The translations under genes were made by a program, and so were the position numbers. Under the pieces are notes generated by a model. That model searched no databases. It was given only the letters and a program-made list of their open reading frames with translations, and was not told where the DNA came from. DNA of 63,731 nt, the filler included, from Octopus bimaculoides (taxonomy: Eukaryota): the NCBI RefSeq assembly GCF_001194135.2. It is 4 parts of 3 records of this genome, joined end to end, with 100 filler letters (N's around TTAATTAATTAA, not from the genome) between each part and the next. Parts side by side here need not be neighbours in the genome. Positions count along the whole stretch, not along the records: positions 13,771 to 42,381 come from NC_068986.1; 3 more parts are not named here. One strand, written 5' to 3'. Below are positions 25,061-37,668 of the stretch, in pieces; positions within the stretch are counted from its first letter, which is position 1; the number at the start of each line of letters is the position of its first letter.

Positions 25061-27175
25061 CTCTCTCCTTTCACCGAGCGTCAAAATGATATATTTCTTG
25101 TGTACGTATTCACGTTTGTTTATTTTTCCTTTTCTACTCTCTAGCACTACTTCGCTCTTTATTCGTTTTTCGAATACTTTGTTCATTGAATTAACTGAAA
25201 GTAAATCGGATTGCCACATGAACTTTTCAATATAGAAATCCAATTAGCAAACATTTGTGGTGCCTGATTACAAAGTGATTAACTACTCAGTAAGAGAAAA
25301 TGTCATTAGAGAGTTTTTGTTGGAATATCATGAAAAAACCATTAGCCGGTGACATAGACGGTTTATTCCTTGAATATATGGCTTCTAGACTTACACTTTA
25401 TGAATGTCCCTACCTAGTACACACAATGTTTTCCTGATCTTACCAAGTACACATATTTTTCTCCCAAAATATCCCATCAATGCAAACATTCTATTTACCC
25501 TATTGACAGGACATTAATATGTGCATTTTACCTCTACTAATTATTGCTCTGTCCTATAGACTAAGCTCAAGCAATCATTATGAATCAAGTCATTGCGATT
25601 GCTGAAGTCATTCAATATTCGCAAGCAGAAATAACACCATCTTTATATACTGTATACATGGTACATCAATCTCATTCGCGTGTCAGAAATCGGGGCACCG
25701 CTTACTCATATTTGTGTTTCTCAATGCCCGTTCGCTAGGGTTGTTTCTTACGCTTCTAGTATTAGAACCAGTATAGCAGTCAGCAGAAACTTTCCTTTAA
25801 TATTCAATGTGTGGTTCTTGAAAAATATCTGACTACTTCAACCAATTTGTCCACTCTTTCCAAAAGTTCAGTATTTCTATTAGCATATCTTAAATGTTTG
25901 GTATTCCTTCTGATAAAATGTCTATTCACAGAGCCATGGTATAGCTATTGCTCTGCATACAAAAAAGATGAGAAATTCAACAGGCCTAGAGAAAACCTGA
26001 GACTCTAATACTTTTGCACGCAACCCAACCCCGTTGGGAACTTGTATGATTGTTGCACATGCTGAGTGTCAATTTTTGGTTACTACATGTCAGATCCTGT
26101 TCCATATTTCACTTCTCAATCGTAAACAACATGATATAATGTCCAACTCTCGAAATAGAAGAAATATTAAATTTTTCATATGGAAAGTAATCCTCGAAAA
26201 CTATGTACAAAATCTAGACTGTAGTGAACCTTCAAACAATAATGAGAAGTGGAGGAGGAAGAAGGAGATGAGGAGGAGGAAGGGAAGTAAGATGGGGAGG
26301 AGGAATAATGAGGTGATTATGGCGATGTGGTGGAGGATGAAGAGGAAATTGAGGAGGGGAAGAAGAGGAGGAGGGAGGAGAAGAAAAGGAGGAGGGAGGA
26401 GGAAAATCAATTACAAAATATACATAGGCATCTATTCAAATAACTAGCTTTACATTTAAATTTATACTCTTTCAAAATGGCGCCATCACTTGATTCGCAC
26501 TGTATTCCGCCTACTTCTGTGGGATTAGTACTTCTGTTACATTAGAACTCTAATCATAGAAAAAATAACTAGTTTTCTTTCTTCACTGCTAATAGTCATA
26601 TTCTTATTGGGACCATACATTTTGTCTTTTTTTTTTAGCGGAATAAAACGCTGTAAGATGAGAATAGTTTACAAAACTATTGACTTGATGGATCCAAACA
26701 ATACGTAACAACATATCAGTAATTTTGGCGGTTACTAACATATTTTTCCCGCACATATATCCCCACAGTACTGCAAATAGTAGAAACGTATGAACGGACA
26801 ACAATTGCTCGTTTACTTAATTTTTAATCTATGTAGGACGAAAAAATATATAAGCAATATTTTTAATGTTAATAACGCATTGATATTTGTTGTCACTTAG
26901 ATTTGTAAAAAATATTATTATTGAAGAAAGTAATCGACCGACAAAACATGATTTTCAGACACTGGCATATGTCATTTATGATATAATTTTTATGTAAGTA
27001 CTAAGTATTCAAAGGAGAAAAAAATGTTTGTATATATATATATATATATATATAAAATGAAAGTAAATCAATTAATAGATTTACCTGTTTAATAAACTTT
27101 TAAAAAATACATTACAGATAACTACAACTGATGCATGAAAAGAAGACCGGTATGAAATTGAAAATATATACATAC

Positions 27176-27238
27176 GTTCCGAAATTCCTGCAAGTTGGGG
27201 TCGTTGTGTTTCCCTTCTTTTTTCGGAATATTAACCGT
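27176..27238 (-). CDS. Candidate 63-nt exon
   Basis: aacag acceptor with a weak pyrimidine tract, gtatgt donor. Phase-0 translation is TVNIPKKEGKHNDPNLQEFRN. Confidence 0.2.
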
Positions 27239-27935
27239 CTGTTATATGTAGAATTATTGAAAAGGTATACATATATATACTTGGAATTATACACCCACGC
27301 ACGCGCGCGCATAATATATATATATATATATATATANNNNNNNNNNNNNNNNNNNNNNNNNNNNNNNNNNNNNNNNNNNNNNNNNNNNNNNNNNNNNNNN
27401 NNNNNNNNNNNNNNNNNNNNNNNNNNNNNNNNNNNNNNNNNNNNNNNNNNNNNNNNNNNNNNNNNNNNNNNNNNNNNNNNNNNNNNNNNNNNNNNNNNNN
27501 NNNNNNNNNNNNNNNNNNNNNNNNNNNNNNNNNNNNNNNNNNNNNNNNNNNNNNNNNNNNNNNNNNNNNNNNNNNNNNNNNNNNNNNNNNNNNNNNNNNN
27601 NNNNNNNNNNNNNNNNNNNNNNNNNNNNNNNNNNNNNNNNNNNNNNNNNNNNNNNNNNNNNNNNNNNNNNNNNNNNNNNNNNNNNNNNTATATATCCACG
27701 CAAATCATAAGATATTTCAATTCGATTTCATAACATTTTTCTACAGTTACACGTCGTTAAGGATTTTATTGTGGCTTACTTCGAAGAAGAAGTGAACAGA
27801 TAAAAAAGTGTTTAGATTCTTAATGATTGATAAGAGGAAGAAGAGAATACAGGATAGCTTTTCATAGTATTTGTCACGTGTCACCGCCGGTTAAGTGACT
27901 GACGGACCGGATAATAGCAAAGCAATCTTTTGGGC

Positions 27936-28308
27936 TGACATTCCGTCGGTTACGGCGACGAGGGGTCCAGTTGATCCGATCAACAGAACAGCCTGCTCGT
28001 GAAATTAACGTGCAAGTGGTTGAGCACTCCAGAGACACGTGTAATTTTAACGTAGTTCTCGGGGGAGATTGAGCGTGACAAAGAGTGTGGCAAGGATGGC
28101 CCTTTGAAATACAGGTACAGCAGAAAGAGGAAGAAAGAGTGAAAGTTATGGTGAAATAGTAAAGCAGGTTTCGCCACTGCCACCTGCCGGAGCCTCGTGG
28201 AACTTTAGGTGATTTCGCTCAATAAATACTCACAATGCCCGGTCTGGGATTCGAAACTGCGATCCTACGACCACGAGCCCACTGTCCTAGCCACTGGGCC
28301 ATTGTGCC
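27936..28308 (-). mobile_element. tRNA-derived SINE family C
   Basis: Reverse complement of 41196-41518 plus the 3' segment ttgatcggatcaactgga..cctcgtcg.cgtaaccgacgga. Confidence 0.85.
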
Positions 28309-28774
28309 TCAACGCAAAGCAATCTTAATCATAAGATCAAGACATATTATCTTCATAGCATATAATGAGCTGGAATCGAAATCGAAACCCCGGAATTTCA
28401 GCTCCATTATACGATTAATTCACGAAACAAAATCCATTAATACCTACGATCGTTTAGTTGGACATTTTACCTTTCCGCCGAAGTACAAGCTCTTATATTT
28501 ATTTATTCAACGAAGCGGAATAAATATGATGCACAAAGTAATGGAAACAGTTAAGAGTAAAACAGGTCTTGCTACTGCGGCTTTGCCTTCCTGTTAATAT
28601 CGTGAATAAACAATACGAATGTTTGCCTTAGATATGCAGAAATCGTTTCATTACAGTACATTGTGTAACATCTCTAAATTTTCTCTCGCCATTGTATAAA
28701 GAAAAGAAAAAAAAAACACAGCCTTTGGCTAAAACTGTACAGTGCCGGGGAAAATCCATATTCGAATATATTGA

Positions 28775-28867
<93 letters not shown>

Positions 28868-29024
28868 GTCGTCGTCATCATCATCATCGTAATCATTATT
28901 ATTGTCGTCGTCGTCTTCGTTGTTGTTGTTGTTGTTATTATTATTATTATTAGTAGTAGTAGTAGTAGTTGTAGTAGTTGTAGTAGTAGTAGTAGTAGTA
29001 GTTGTAGTAGCAGCAGCAGCAGTT

Positions 29025-29074
<50 letters not shown>

Positions 29075-29105
29075 TGTAGTAGTAGTAGTAGTAGTAGTAG
29101 TAGTA
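28775..29105. repeat. Compound trinucleotide microsatellite
   Basis: (ATT)n-(ATC)n-(GTC)n-(GTT)n-(ATT)n-(AGT)n/(AGC)n. Confidence 0.95.
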
Positions 29106-29460
29106 TATTTTTTTCTGTGCATTTATCTTGACAATATACATAAAGCAAATTTTCATATTTCCTCCCGTCTCTATTTCTCTATATATTTGATCACAAATTC
29201 ACCATAGAATAATTTTCGCTTACATATGCCGTTTGCACATACTAAACATGGGCTTTTCGTTAGTAATTATGCTACCCTAACTGATGGGAACAAGCTTAAA
29301 TCAGTCAGTTTCATACGATTTTCTAACTCAATGCCTCCTTGTAAGCATATAATCATAGAATACTGTCGTTGTTAATTCATTTGGACTATGGAATAATATT
29401 TTTTTACCTCCATATAATTACATGAACATAGTGATTATAAAATTGAATGGAATTGTTTTA

Positions 29461-30329
29461 CGGGATCTGTTCAAAAAGTATCCGAATTTACCTTTTATAA
29501 AGCCGCATGAGCAACATCCTTTGTAGGAGAGCTGATGATACTTATACTATGCACGCGAGAAAATTTCTTGAAGGTAGTCTATGTCAGTCTGTTTCCGGCT
29601 GTTACGTTTAGAGTAGAGGCGTGTCGTCCCGCTTATTGGATTTTCGTTTTCACAGAACGTATCGAGCAGAGACATTGAGTCAAATTTCGCAAAAAAGCTT
29701 GGCGATACTCAAACGCAAAGCATGCAGAAGATTTGGCAGACATCAGATGCATGCAGATGGTCTGAGCAAACCTCAGATCAAGTAGGGTACAACCACTTTA
29801 AACATGATCGCAACAAAACAGAGAGCGATGCTCGCTCAGGCAGATCATACACAAAGCGAGGAGCTAATTGATAATGTATGGCGAATAGTCATGAAAATGA
29901 CAATGATGTGAGAATAAACCCAGGATCAATGTCTTTCATTTGAATGGAGGCTTAGTGCATGAGGCGAGTGTTGGCGTAAGTTATTCCCATGGTGCGGGTG
30001 GAACAACAAGCCAATCCTCACAGAAATACTGGACTGTGCTAACCACGATCCAGACGTCACAAGGATCATCATCACCAGTCAATACACATGGATTTATGAT
30101 GTCTATTTGATGTTTCGTGCGTTTTGCCGGAAAGCGAAAATCCGACGAGCGTGCACAACACGACTGTACTTCAAGCGAAGCAGCCATGAACTAGCGCGGT
30201 CTACCGGTGCGGGAGTTTTCGTACGTGAACAGGGAAAGATAACGTATCCTGCCACGCAGACAGTTTTTCGCACGTAACATGAGCTTTGGTGGGGAAAATT
30301 AAAGACGGATAATGTTTGAACACACCTCG
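29461..30329 (+). mobile_element. Defective mariner element with TA flanks and degenerate inverted ends
   Basis: Ends CGGGATCTGTTCAAAAAGTATCCG and (reverse complement) CGAGGTGTGTTCAAACATTATCCG are 19/24 identical, with TA on both sides. Interior has ERIEQR-like and ESDARSGR N-terminal transposase remnants. Confidence 0.8.
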
Positions 30330-30639
30330 TATTATAGTTTCTATTATTACTGTCTCAAAACATTGGCACTGCATTTCGAATATTATCCTGTTCTCTAAGT
30401 GGGATGGATTCCCTTTCTGAAATGTTACCTGAATGTGAATAGTTTATTTCTGAATAAACCAGAGATTGATTATTACCCATCAGTTTCGTTCCTATTTTAA
30501 TCTGATATAGCAAAGAATTTGAGCGATGCTGTGTATTTCACTTTGAGATGTCTTTGTGATCTGAATCTGAAAATCAAATTTTCACGATTTCACAACTCTA
30601 AATGACATTTTGGTGCACTGCAGACAGAGCTATCAACAT

Positions 30640-30900
30640 AATTTAGAGAACTACATGTGCAGTATCCATTCTTCACTCGCAAGACAGTTAAAATACTTCA
30701 ATATTGATAAAGAATGAGAGCTTCATGTAACAGCTACTAACAACTTCAAAATTGTCGACTTTCTCGGCATGAAATACACATTACACCAATAGAAATGCAA
30801 ATAAGAACGTCTCGATAGTTGTAATTATTTACGTAGTCAGATAACTAACAGACAAATCTCGAATATATTGGTGTACCAAAAAATCTTAAGAGAACTGAAA
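30640..30900 (+). mobile_element. Heavily decayed Penelope-type RT remnant
   Basis: VTATNNFKIVDFLGM resembles the PLE motif ITxxTNLKIVDFLDV; surrounded by stops. Confidence 0.35.
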
Positions 30901-31429
30901 CTTATTATAACAAAACATGAGAGCAAATTGTCTTCATTAAGAAGATAGGGTACATTGAGTAACTACCACCTCAGCCCTGGAGACAATTTTGAAGAGAAAG
31001 TTAATCAGTATTAGTGCTCTAACATATAAATATATTTCTACTAATACAATTATACAGAACATCCCATAGACATGACCTCATTAATTGCCGTAACATAATG
31101 AGTCACTAAACATGCCTTAGACAACATCACTTTTAACGATGAATACTTCAACGGGAACTGAGATGCGTACACGAACACGTGTACAGACATGTTAAGAGAG
31201 ATAAAGTCGCCATTTAAATGTCGTAAACGTATCTGGTACGCAAACACACACGCACACAAATGCACACACACTCACTCACACACACTCAAGCACACGTGTG
31301 CGCGCATGCACATATATATACGTATATTTATTACTATCGTAAGTATGAGAGCAATAAATTAAAATAAATCATTACCAGTCATTAGAATGCATAAATAGAA
31401 ATCATGACATAACATATTTTTTTTAAATA

Positions 31430-31790
31430 CTAGAGTATATAAAATATGTTTATACATAAAGAGGAGATCATTGACAGGACTCCATACATGCTAAAAAGAC
31501 CAGTTAAAACCCAAAGCACGAAAAAGAAAATTCATGAAGCACACCAATTATAAAACTAGAACGAACGAAGAAGGAATTAGTTGACTAATTAGTTTTCTGC
31601 GAATTATAACACTAGAACGAACGAAAGACGAATTAGTTAAATAATTCATTTTTCATTTGTTCTAGTGTTATTATTCGCGTGCCTCGTGAATTCTATGTTT
31701 CGTGGTTTGAGTTTTAACTGGCCGTTTTAGCATGTAAGGAGTCCTATCAATGATCTCCTCCTTGTGTATAAAATATTTTTTACACTCTTG
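31430..31790. mobile_element. Foldback MITE, 361 bp, with ~140-bp inverted arms and TA flanks
   Basis: 31430-31570 matches the reverse complement of 31655-31790 (for example gaggagatcattga.aggactcc.tacatgctaaaa and ccagttaaaac.caaa.cacgaaa). Confidence 0.8.
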
Positions 31791-31920
31791 TATAGATACA
31801 TACATACATGCATACATACATATATATATATATATTTCTTTCCTGTGTTTCCTTTTTTCCTTTTTCTTTTCAAACTTCTTTTTTGCTCCTGCCTGTATTC
31901 CTCTGATAAATTCCAAATCA

Positions 31921-32158
31921 TTGTTATTTATTTACTGCCCACAAGGCGCTAAACATAGAGAGGACAAACAAGGACAGAAAAAAAGAGATTAAGTCGATTA
32001 TATCGACCCCAATGCGTAACTGGTTCTTATTTAATCGACCGCAAAGTATGAAAGGTAAAGTCGACCTCGGCGGAATTTGAACTCAGAACGTAACGGCAGA
32101 CGAAATACCGCTAAGCATTTCCCCCGGCATGCAAACGATTCTGCCAGCGCATCACCTT
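31921..32158 (-). mobile_element. SINE family A
   Basis: gtcgacctcggcggaatttgaactcagaacgtaa...gattctgccagc. Confidence 0.85.
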
Positions 32159-32555
32159 CTAAAGTCCAAATAATTCTGACGATGTTTGTTACATGGAACG
32201 AAATAAATGCAAATTTACCTAAAAACCAAAATGAAACAGCTGTAAATGCTATTTTAAATATAATTAAACTGTGCCCCTTTAATACCAATGATCAACTTCT
32301 AATCAACTTTTAATCTGATCAACTTTTAATCTGAATATATTAAACCTCGGTTTAACATTTAAATAACCAACTACTGTTNNNNNNNNNNNNNNNNNNNNNN
32401 NNNNNNNNNNNNNNNNNNNNNNNNNNNNNNNNNNNNNNNNNNNNNNNNNNNNNNNNNNNNNNNNNNNNNNNNNNNNNNNNNNNNNNNNNNNNNNNNNNNN
32501 NNNNNNNNNNNNNNNNNNNNNNNNNNNNNNNNNNNNNNNNNNNNNNNNNNNNNNN

Positions 32556-32587
<32 letters not shown>

Positions 32588-33629
32588 CTGTCTGTGTGTG
32601 TGTCTGTGTGTGTGTCTGTGTGTGTGTGTGCGTATGTGTGTGTGTGCGTATGTGTGTGCGTGTGTGTCTGTGTGTGTGTGTGTGTGTGTGTATTCTAATT
32701 TAGAAACTAATACATGCACGAGGAAAATTTGGAGTCGGGGACCTACCAGATTAATACATTTCTATGGAGAATATTATGAAAGCGAATCTGTTGTTTTGTG
32801 ATAAAGAAATTTGAAGATGATAACACTGACAAACGCATTCACTTACATCTGAGATAAAGTCATACGATTACAGATTTGTAGAAGGTGAATTAATTGTTTT
32901 ATAATTAGAATGAATATTATAATTGAAGTCGTGTATACGCTGGGTAAAGCCATTTACTAAGATGAATCCTCTGAAGGAAATGAGTATTTAGATTGTATAG
33001 ATACTTAATCGCTATCACTCCAATTCAGTGAAACTAATTATTCTCTTGGGAATGCATGAAGATACCAAATTAAATACGGTAAAGATGTTAGACGTTTCCT
33101 AATCGTTTAGTCGGAAGTTATATTTAATCTATTTATCGAACTCAATTTCAAATAATTCCAACACGTTTTATAAAAAAAACTTCATCGTAAGTCGACATTA
33201 TATTTTTATTTATATTTTTTTCTGTACGAACAAGATAACACTAATGGTATAGCGTTGTGTTCGCAGTCTATATAGCTACCATACATTTCCCAGGCAAATT
33301 ATTTCAAGTGTGCTGAAAAATAGATCACAACAATTAATATGAGCATTGCTGCGAAAGCTTTTCCAACGAAAATAATAAACTTTTGACAACGGATTTCATA
33401 ATCTAACGAGTGCTGTAGAATGCGTTCTGATAATTAAGGTACATTTTAAATATTCCAAATTCACCTCATAGGTGGTCAATTTCAAATACCGAAATAGAGA
33501 GAATTTGGCCAAAATAAAAATATACATACTAAATTTTTTTTTAAATCTTATAACTCTTTCTTAAGGAACTAAATTATCATATATAATCCTTTGTTCTGTA
33601 GGAACAATCCTTTTTTATTACTTTTTTTC

Positions 33630-33810
33630 TTTCGAGAGGGTAGTCGAGTACATCAATCCCAGGTTTTAACTGCTATTTATTTCATTGAACCAGAAAGGGC
33701 GAAATGCAATTTATGCTTCGCAAGAATTTGATCTCAGAAAAGAAAGACGGACGAAATGCTGTTAAGTATTTTGCTCGTGTTGCTAACCATTCTGTTAGAA
33801 CACCGGCTTA
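33630..33810 (-). mobile_element. SINE family A, decayed
   Basis: aagaatttgatctcagaa...gacggacgaaatgctgttaagtatttt. Confidence 0.6.
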
Positions 33811-35204
33811 AATTATCACATGGAATGCCACATATATTATTCAAAATTGTCAAAGAGTTGGCGGATATAATTTATATAGAAAATATCAGAAACTATTACT
33901 ATAAATGCTACCACATAGGATGAAGTATACTGCTGAATACATACTGCAACAATTTCACTGCCTTAAATTTACTCTAGCTATTCGAAAACGAGCTGTATAA
34001 TGCGTTTATAATATTTATTGTATCCGTCTTATACATGTCAATTTATGTCTATATTCTTTCTTTTATGGCCTTGTATGTTGGATATATAATATAATGAAGC
34101 AGGATGTGAGAAGAAAGTATTTACACGAGGCACTACTATTAATATTACACGAGAGTCAGCGCTTCATATCAACGGCTCGTTGCGAACCGCTTAACAACCC
34201 GATGAATCTTTATTTTGGCACTTCGGCCATAACGCAGCGGAAGCCTACAATTGCTGTTATATATTTTATTAAATTTTAAATCACTGCAAAACTAGTATTT
34301 GGTGTTGGAGAAAGTAGGACAATATTTGCAATGGACATACCAGCAATATTTAACTTCATAAATGCCAATAGACTATTTAAACATGCTAATTATAATTATA
34401 TTTTTGGCTGTTTATAATTGCTTAAAATATTGTACACACTAAAACGGCGATAAAAATAAATTGGGTACTTGCTATATTACCAAATCGCTCTCATTTTAGT
34501 TTCAGTCTGAATTGAGGAAGAACAATTTTGCATTCTTAGATTTCCTTCATTACATGTATATCAACTATGTTTGATATCATTTTCCTTGTTGATTTTACCA
34601 CTAGTCTTTTTGAATGGGTTTTTTACATTTGCATGACAATGTTAGGAGTCAATTTTCTAAATCTACGCACACGTAAAGACATATTCACAGACACAAAGAT
34701 ACATGTACGTGTGTACTGGAATCACAAATACTCTTGTTTCATATTTTGACCTGTTCCATATTCGTATTCTCATAGAACTTTGTTTCCAAATGAAATCCAT
34801 TTGAGGCAGGCTGTTCACCATAAACACTTTCAATTCATGCCTATTTAACTCGATTAGTTTACCTCTTGTGCATATCTAAACCTATTTTGTATGTTAACCA
34901 TAAATATCGCAGATGTTTGCACGCTGTTAGCCCTCCTGTATACTGGCGACTCTTACATTATTCATTTCCTCAAAAATCTATGTCCCAATGCCATACTTTA
35001 CCGACTGACGTATTAGAAAACAAATTCTTCGTTTTATGTTACTCGAATATGAATTTGTTGATAGATTTGAAATGCAATCTCCTCATTCTTGCCACATATA
35101 TTAAGCACATCTAGTCAGCTGTTTCAGGAAGCTGAACGCACATTATATTGCTGCTAGTATAGCCCTTAAAATGTTGTAGAAAATAAAATGCCACGATTGC
35201 TTAC

Positions 35205-35228
35205 GTCGTGAGTTGCTGGATGTGTGAT
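35205..35228 (-). CDS. Candidate 24-nt frame-preserving microexon
   Basis: ttgcttcttcgttttcag|ATCACACATCCAGCAACTCACGAC|gtaagc: strong pyrimidine tract and donor, all three frames open. Confidence 0.4.
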
Positions 35229-36964
35229 CTGAAAACGAAGAAGCAATCACTTTTAGATGACCATTGACGATTGAGGCGACATATTCAAACAAGTTTATAT
35301 TCAGACAAAGGTGGACAACAACAGCAGTGCGCTGTTACGTTTTGAGCGTTAATATTTGTTGTTGAGAAAATCAATGTTGTGGACTCATTTTAGTTTGTTG
35401 TCTGCCGAGATTGCTTGTTGAGAATTATAATTGAAGCAGAAATCTGTGGGAATCAGATATGAACAGGTGTGCCACTGGGCTTCCTAATTTACTATTTGCT
35501 ATGATAACCACTGATCCCTCATGACAAGCCTTTGAAGAAATCTACTTCTATTCTTAGAAGGAAAATGTTCATATCGTTACAAACATAGTTTTGCATGATC
35601 CTTCTCACATCCATTACAAATGAAATAAAAGACGTTACCTTAGCACCTATACAAATATTCATTTAAAAGCATGCTTGTAAAATGCATTAGATTTTCAGGA
35701 ATCGCGGCAAAAATATTGCACAATGTTTGTCTTATTTTTAACAAAATCTGTTACTTATGTTTGGGTTACAGATAAATTCCCGGCTTAACTTCTACTGTCC
35801 ATTATTGTAAGTTCGTCGTAACGTTCACTTGATTATTTTTATCTCAAAATGATATGCAAAAGCGACATGGGCATTTGAACTGTGTTGATACCTTACTCTA
35901 TGTCAAATTATATTTATTCGTGGTTATTGAAAGACATTCTAGCATATTGTTTTTAAAAACACTTTAGATAAATGAACGTTTTACATGTATATTGCAGATA
36001 TCATAAATATCTTAAATATTCATCAAGTGCTTAATATATGTTTTTTTTTTATTGCAAATGTACTACTTGCTGCGGCTGCGCACTTAACAATTGGTTATAT
36101 TTTGTATAAATACGGAATATTTATAGGAAATATATTAAGGCGTTATTTCATAAATTGATGTATTGATTAAAGCCTATTATGACAATAGAAATTTCATGTT
36201 TGCTCTGCTGTGTGTTGCTATTATTGGATGCTTAAAATAGAAAGTTACAGGAATTTTGAGAGGGAATTTTGTTGAAAGAAGCTATGTAGAAGCCCGATGT
36301 GTATGTTAATGCATATGTGAGTATGCTAATGAATTTGTATCTTACACCTCAACATGTTGTAGACTGGTGTTGATGTTTTTTTTGTTACTCTTTAATGTAG
36401 CGGTTAACCAAGAGATCGATAGAATAAGTAAGAGATGTTAAAACTATCTCTACAAACAACTTTTCAAACTAAGTAAACACAAACTAAATGACTAATAGAT
36501 TCATCTATGAAACAATCCGTACGAAATATGTTTGCTCTCTACGAAAACAAACATCCCACAAAAGGGCAACAACTGATGCATGGATTCATAGCACACACAC
36601 TGTCTACTTGCTATCTCTAAACTGTCCTCCAGCGCATTAACAACCGTTATACTTACGTGATTTCCAAGCAAAATAATACTTATCGAACTGCACTAATTGT
36701 TGAGTTAGAAAAATTCACAAGTTAGCAATAAAATCGGGCCGACTGAATTACCAGCGTAAAATGTATTTTAGAACTGCAAACATGACATGGATGACATATG
36801 AAGTAGATAATGCTTCAGTTTAAAATTACTTGATGATAACTGATTGGTGTGGAAAATACGTCGGAGCAGGAAATAGGACCATCTCGAAGTAAATTCATGC
36901 ATCTCTGTGATATTGGACTGAGGCTACACCGAGCTTAGTTTTCCAACTAAAGATTATCACTTAC

Positions 36965-37031
36965 TGGGCAGTAAGCCATGCAGGCAACAATCCGTTGTTC
37001 CAAGAAAGGACTCAGGTAGAATAAAATACCT
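36965..37031 (-). CDS. Candidate 67-nt exon
   Basis: Acceptor tctctgatattattccag and consensus donor gtaagt. Two frames are open (RYFILPESFLGTTDCCLHGLLP or GILFYLSPFLEQRIVACMAYCP). Confidence 0.3.
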
Positions 37032-37628
37032 CTGGAATAATATCAGAGACACACATTGTCTAATGATCGAAGACGATTTTGATTCGCTTTACTTCTGTTT
37101 TCTTTAACAATATGCTAACTTTATATTACATGTCTACGGTTTAATTAATTATACATTTAAATGATAAATGCATTGAAATTTACGCCGTAAAATATGGAAA
37201 GCCAGAGAGAAATGATGATGTTTTCCGTTCAAAAAAGACATTTGAAATTATCTTGGTGTTTGCTGAGTACAATGTTATATTTCAGGCTTCAACATCCAAT
37301 TAGTGTTGCAAAAGCAGAATCGTAATACTGTAGATCCAAATAAAGGTGTAGAATGAAGTAAAAGCGACATCAAGCTTGCGGTTTACTTGTATTAACATGG
37401 AAGTACACATTGGAGAGTGCATTTGTTACTAAAATGTATTTGATGAAATTTCTGATTCGCTTACAGAGGAACGGGGTATATAAGATGTTATGAATCTTCT
37501 TAAAAGGAAACAGCGATGTACATAACATTGCTATCATGGCTTATACATCACATCATTGGACTCGATCACTCTCTCACACACACTCTCTCTCTTTCTCTCT
37601 CTCTCTCTCACCCTCTCTCTTCTCTCGC

Positions 37629-37668
<40 letters not shown>

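Noticed and set aside
26245-26410. Lys/Arg/Gly-rich ORF (26034-26447)
   Set aside because: It is a (GGA/GAG) purine low-complexity tract.
22296-26537. Short minus-strand segments ELCISHKC… (22.3 kb) and …GGIQCESSDG… (26.5 kb) resembling disintegrin-like cysteine spacing
   Set aside because: The matches rest on two or three residues and are expected by chance in 60 kb.
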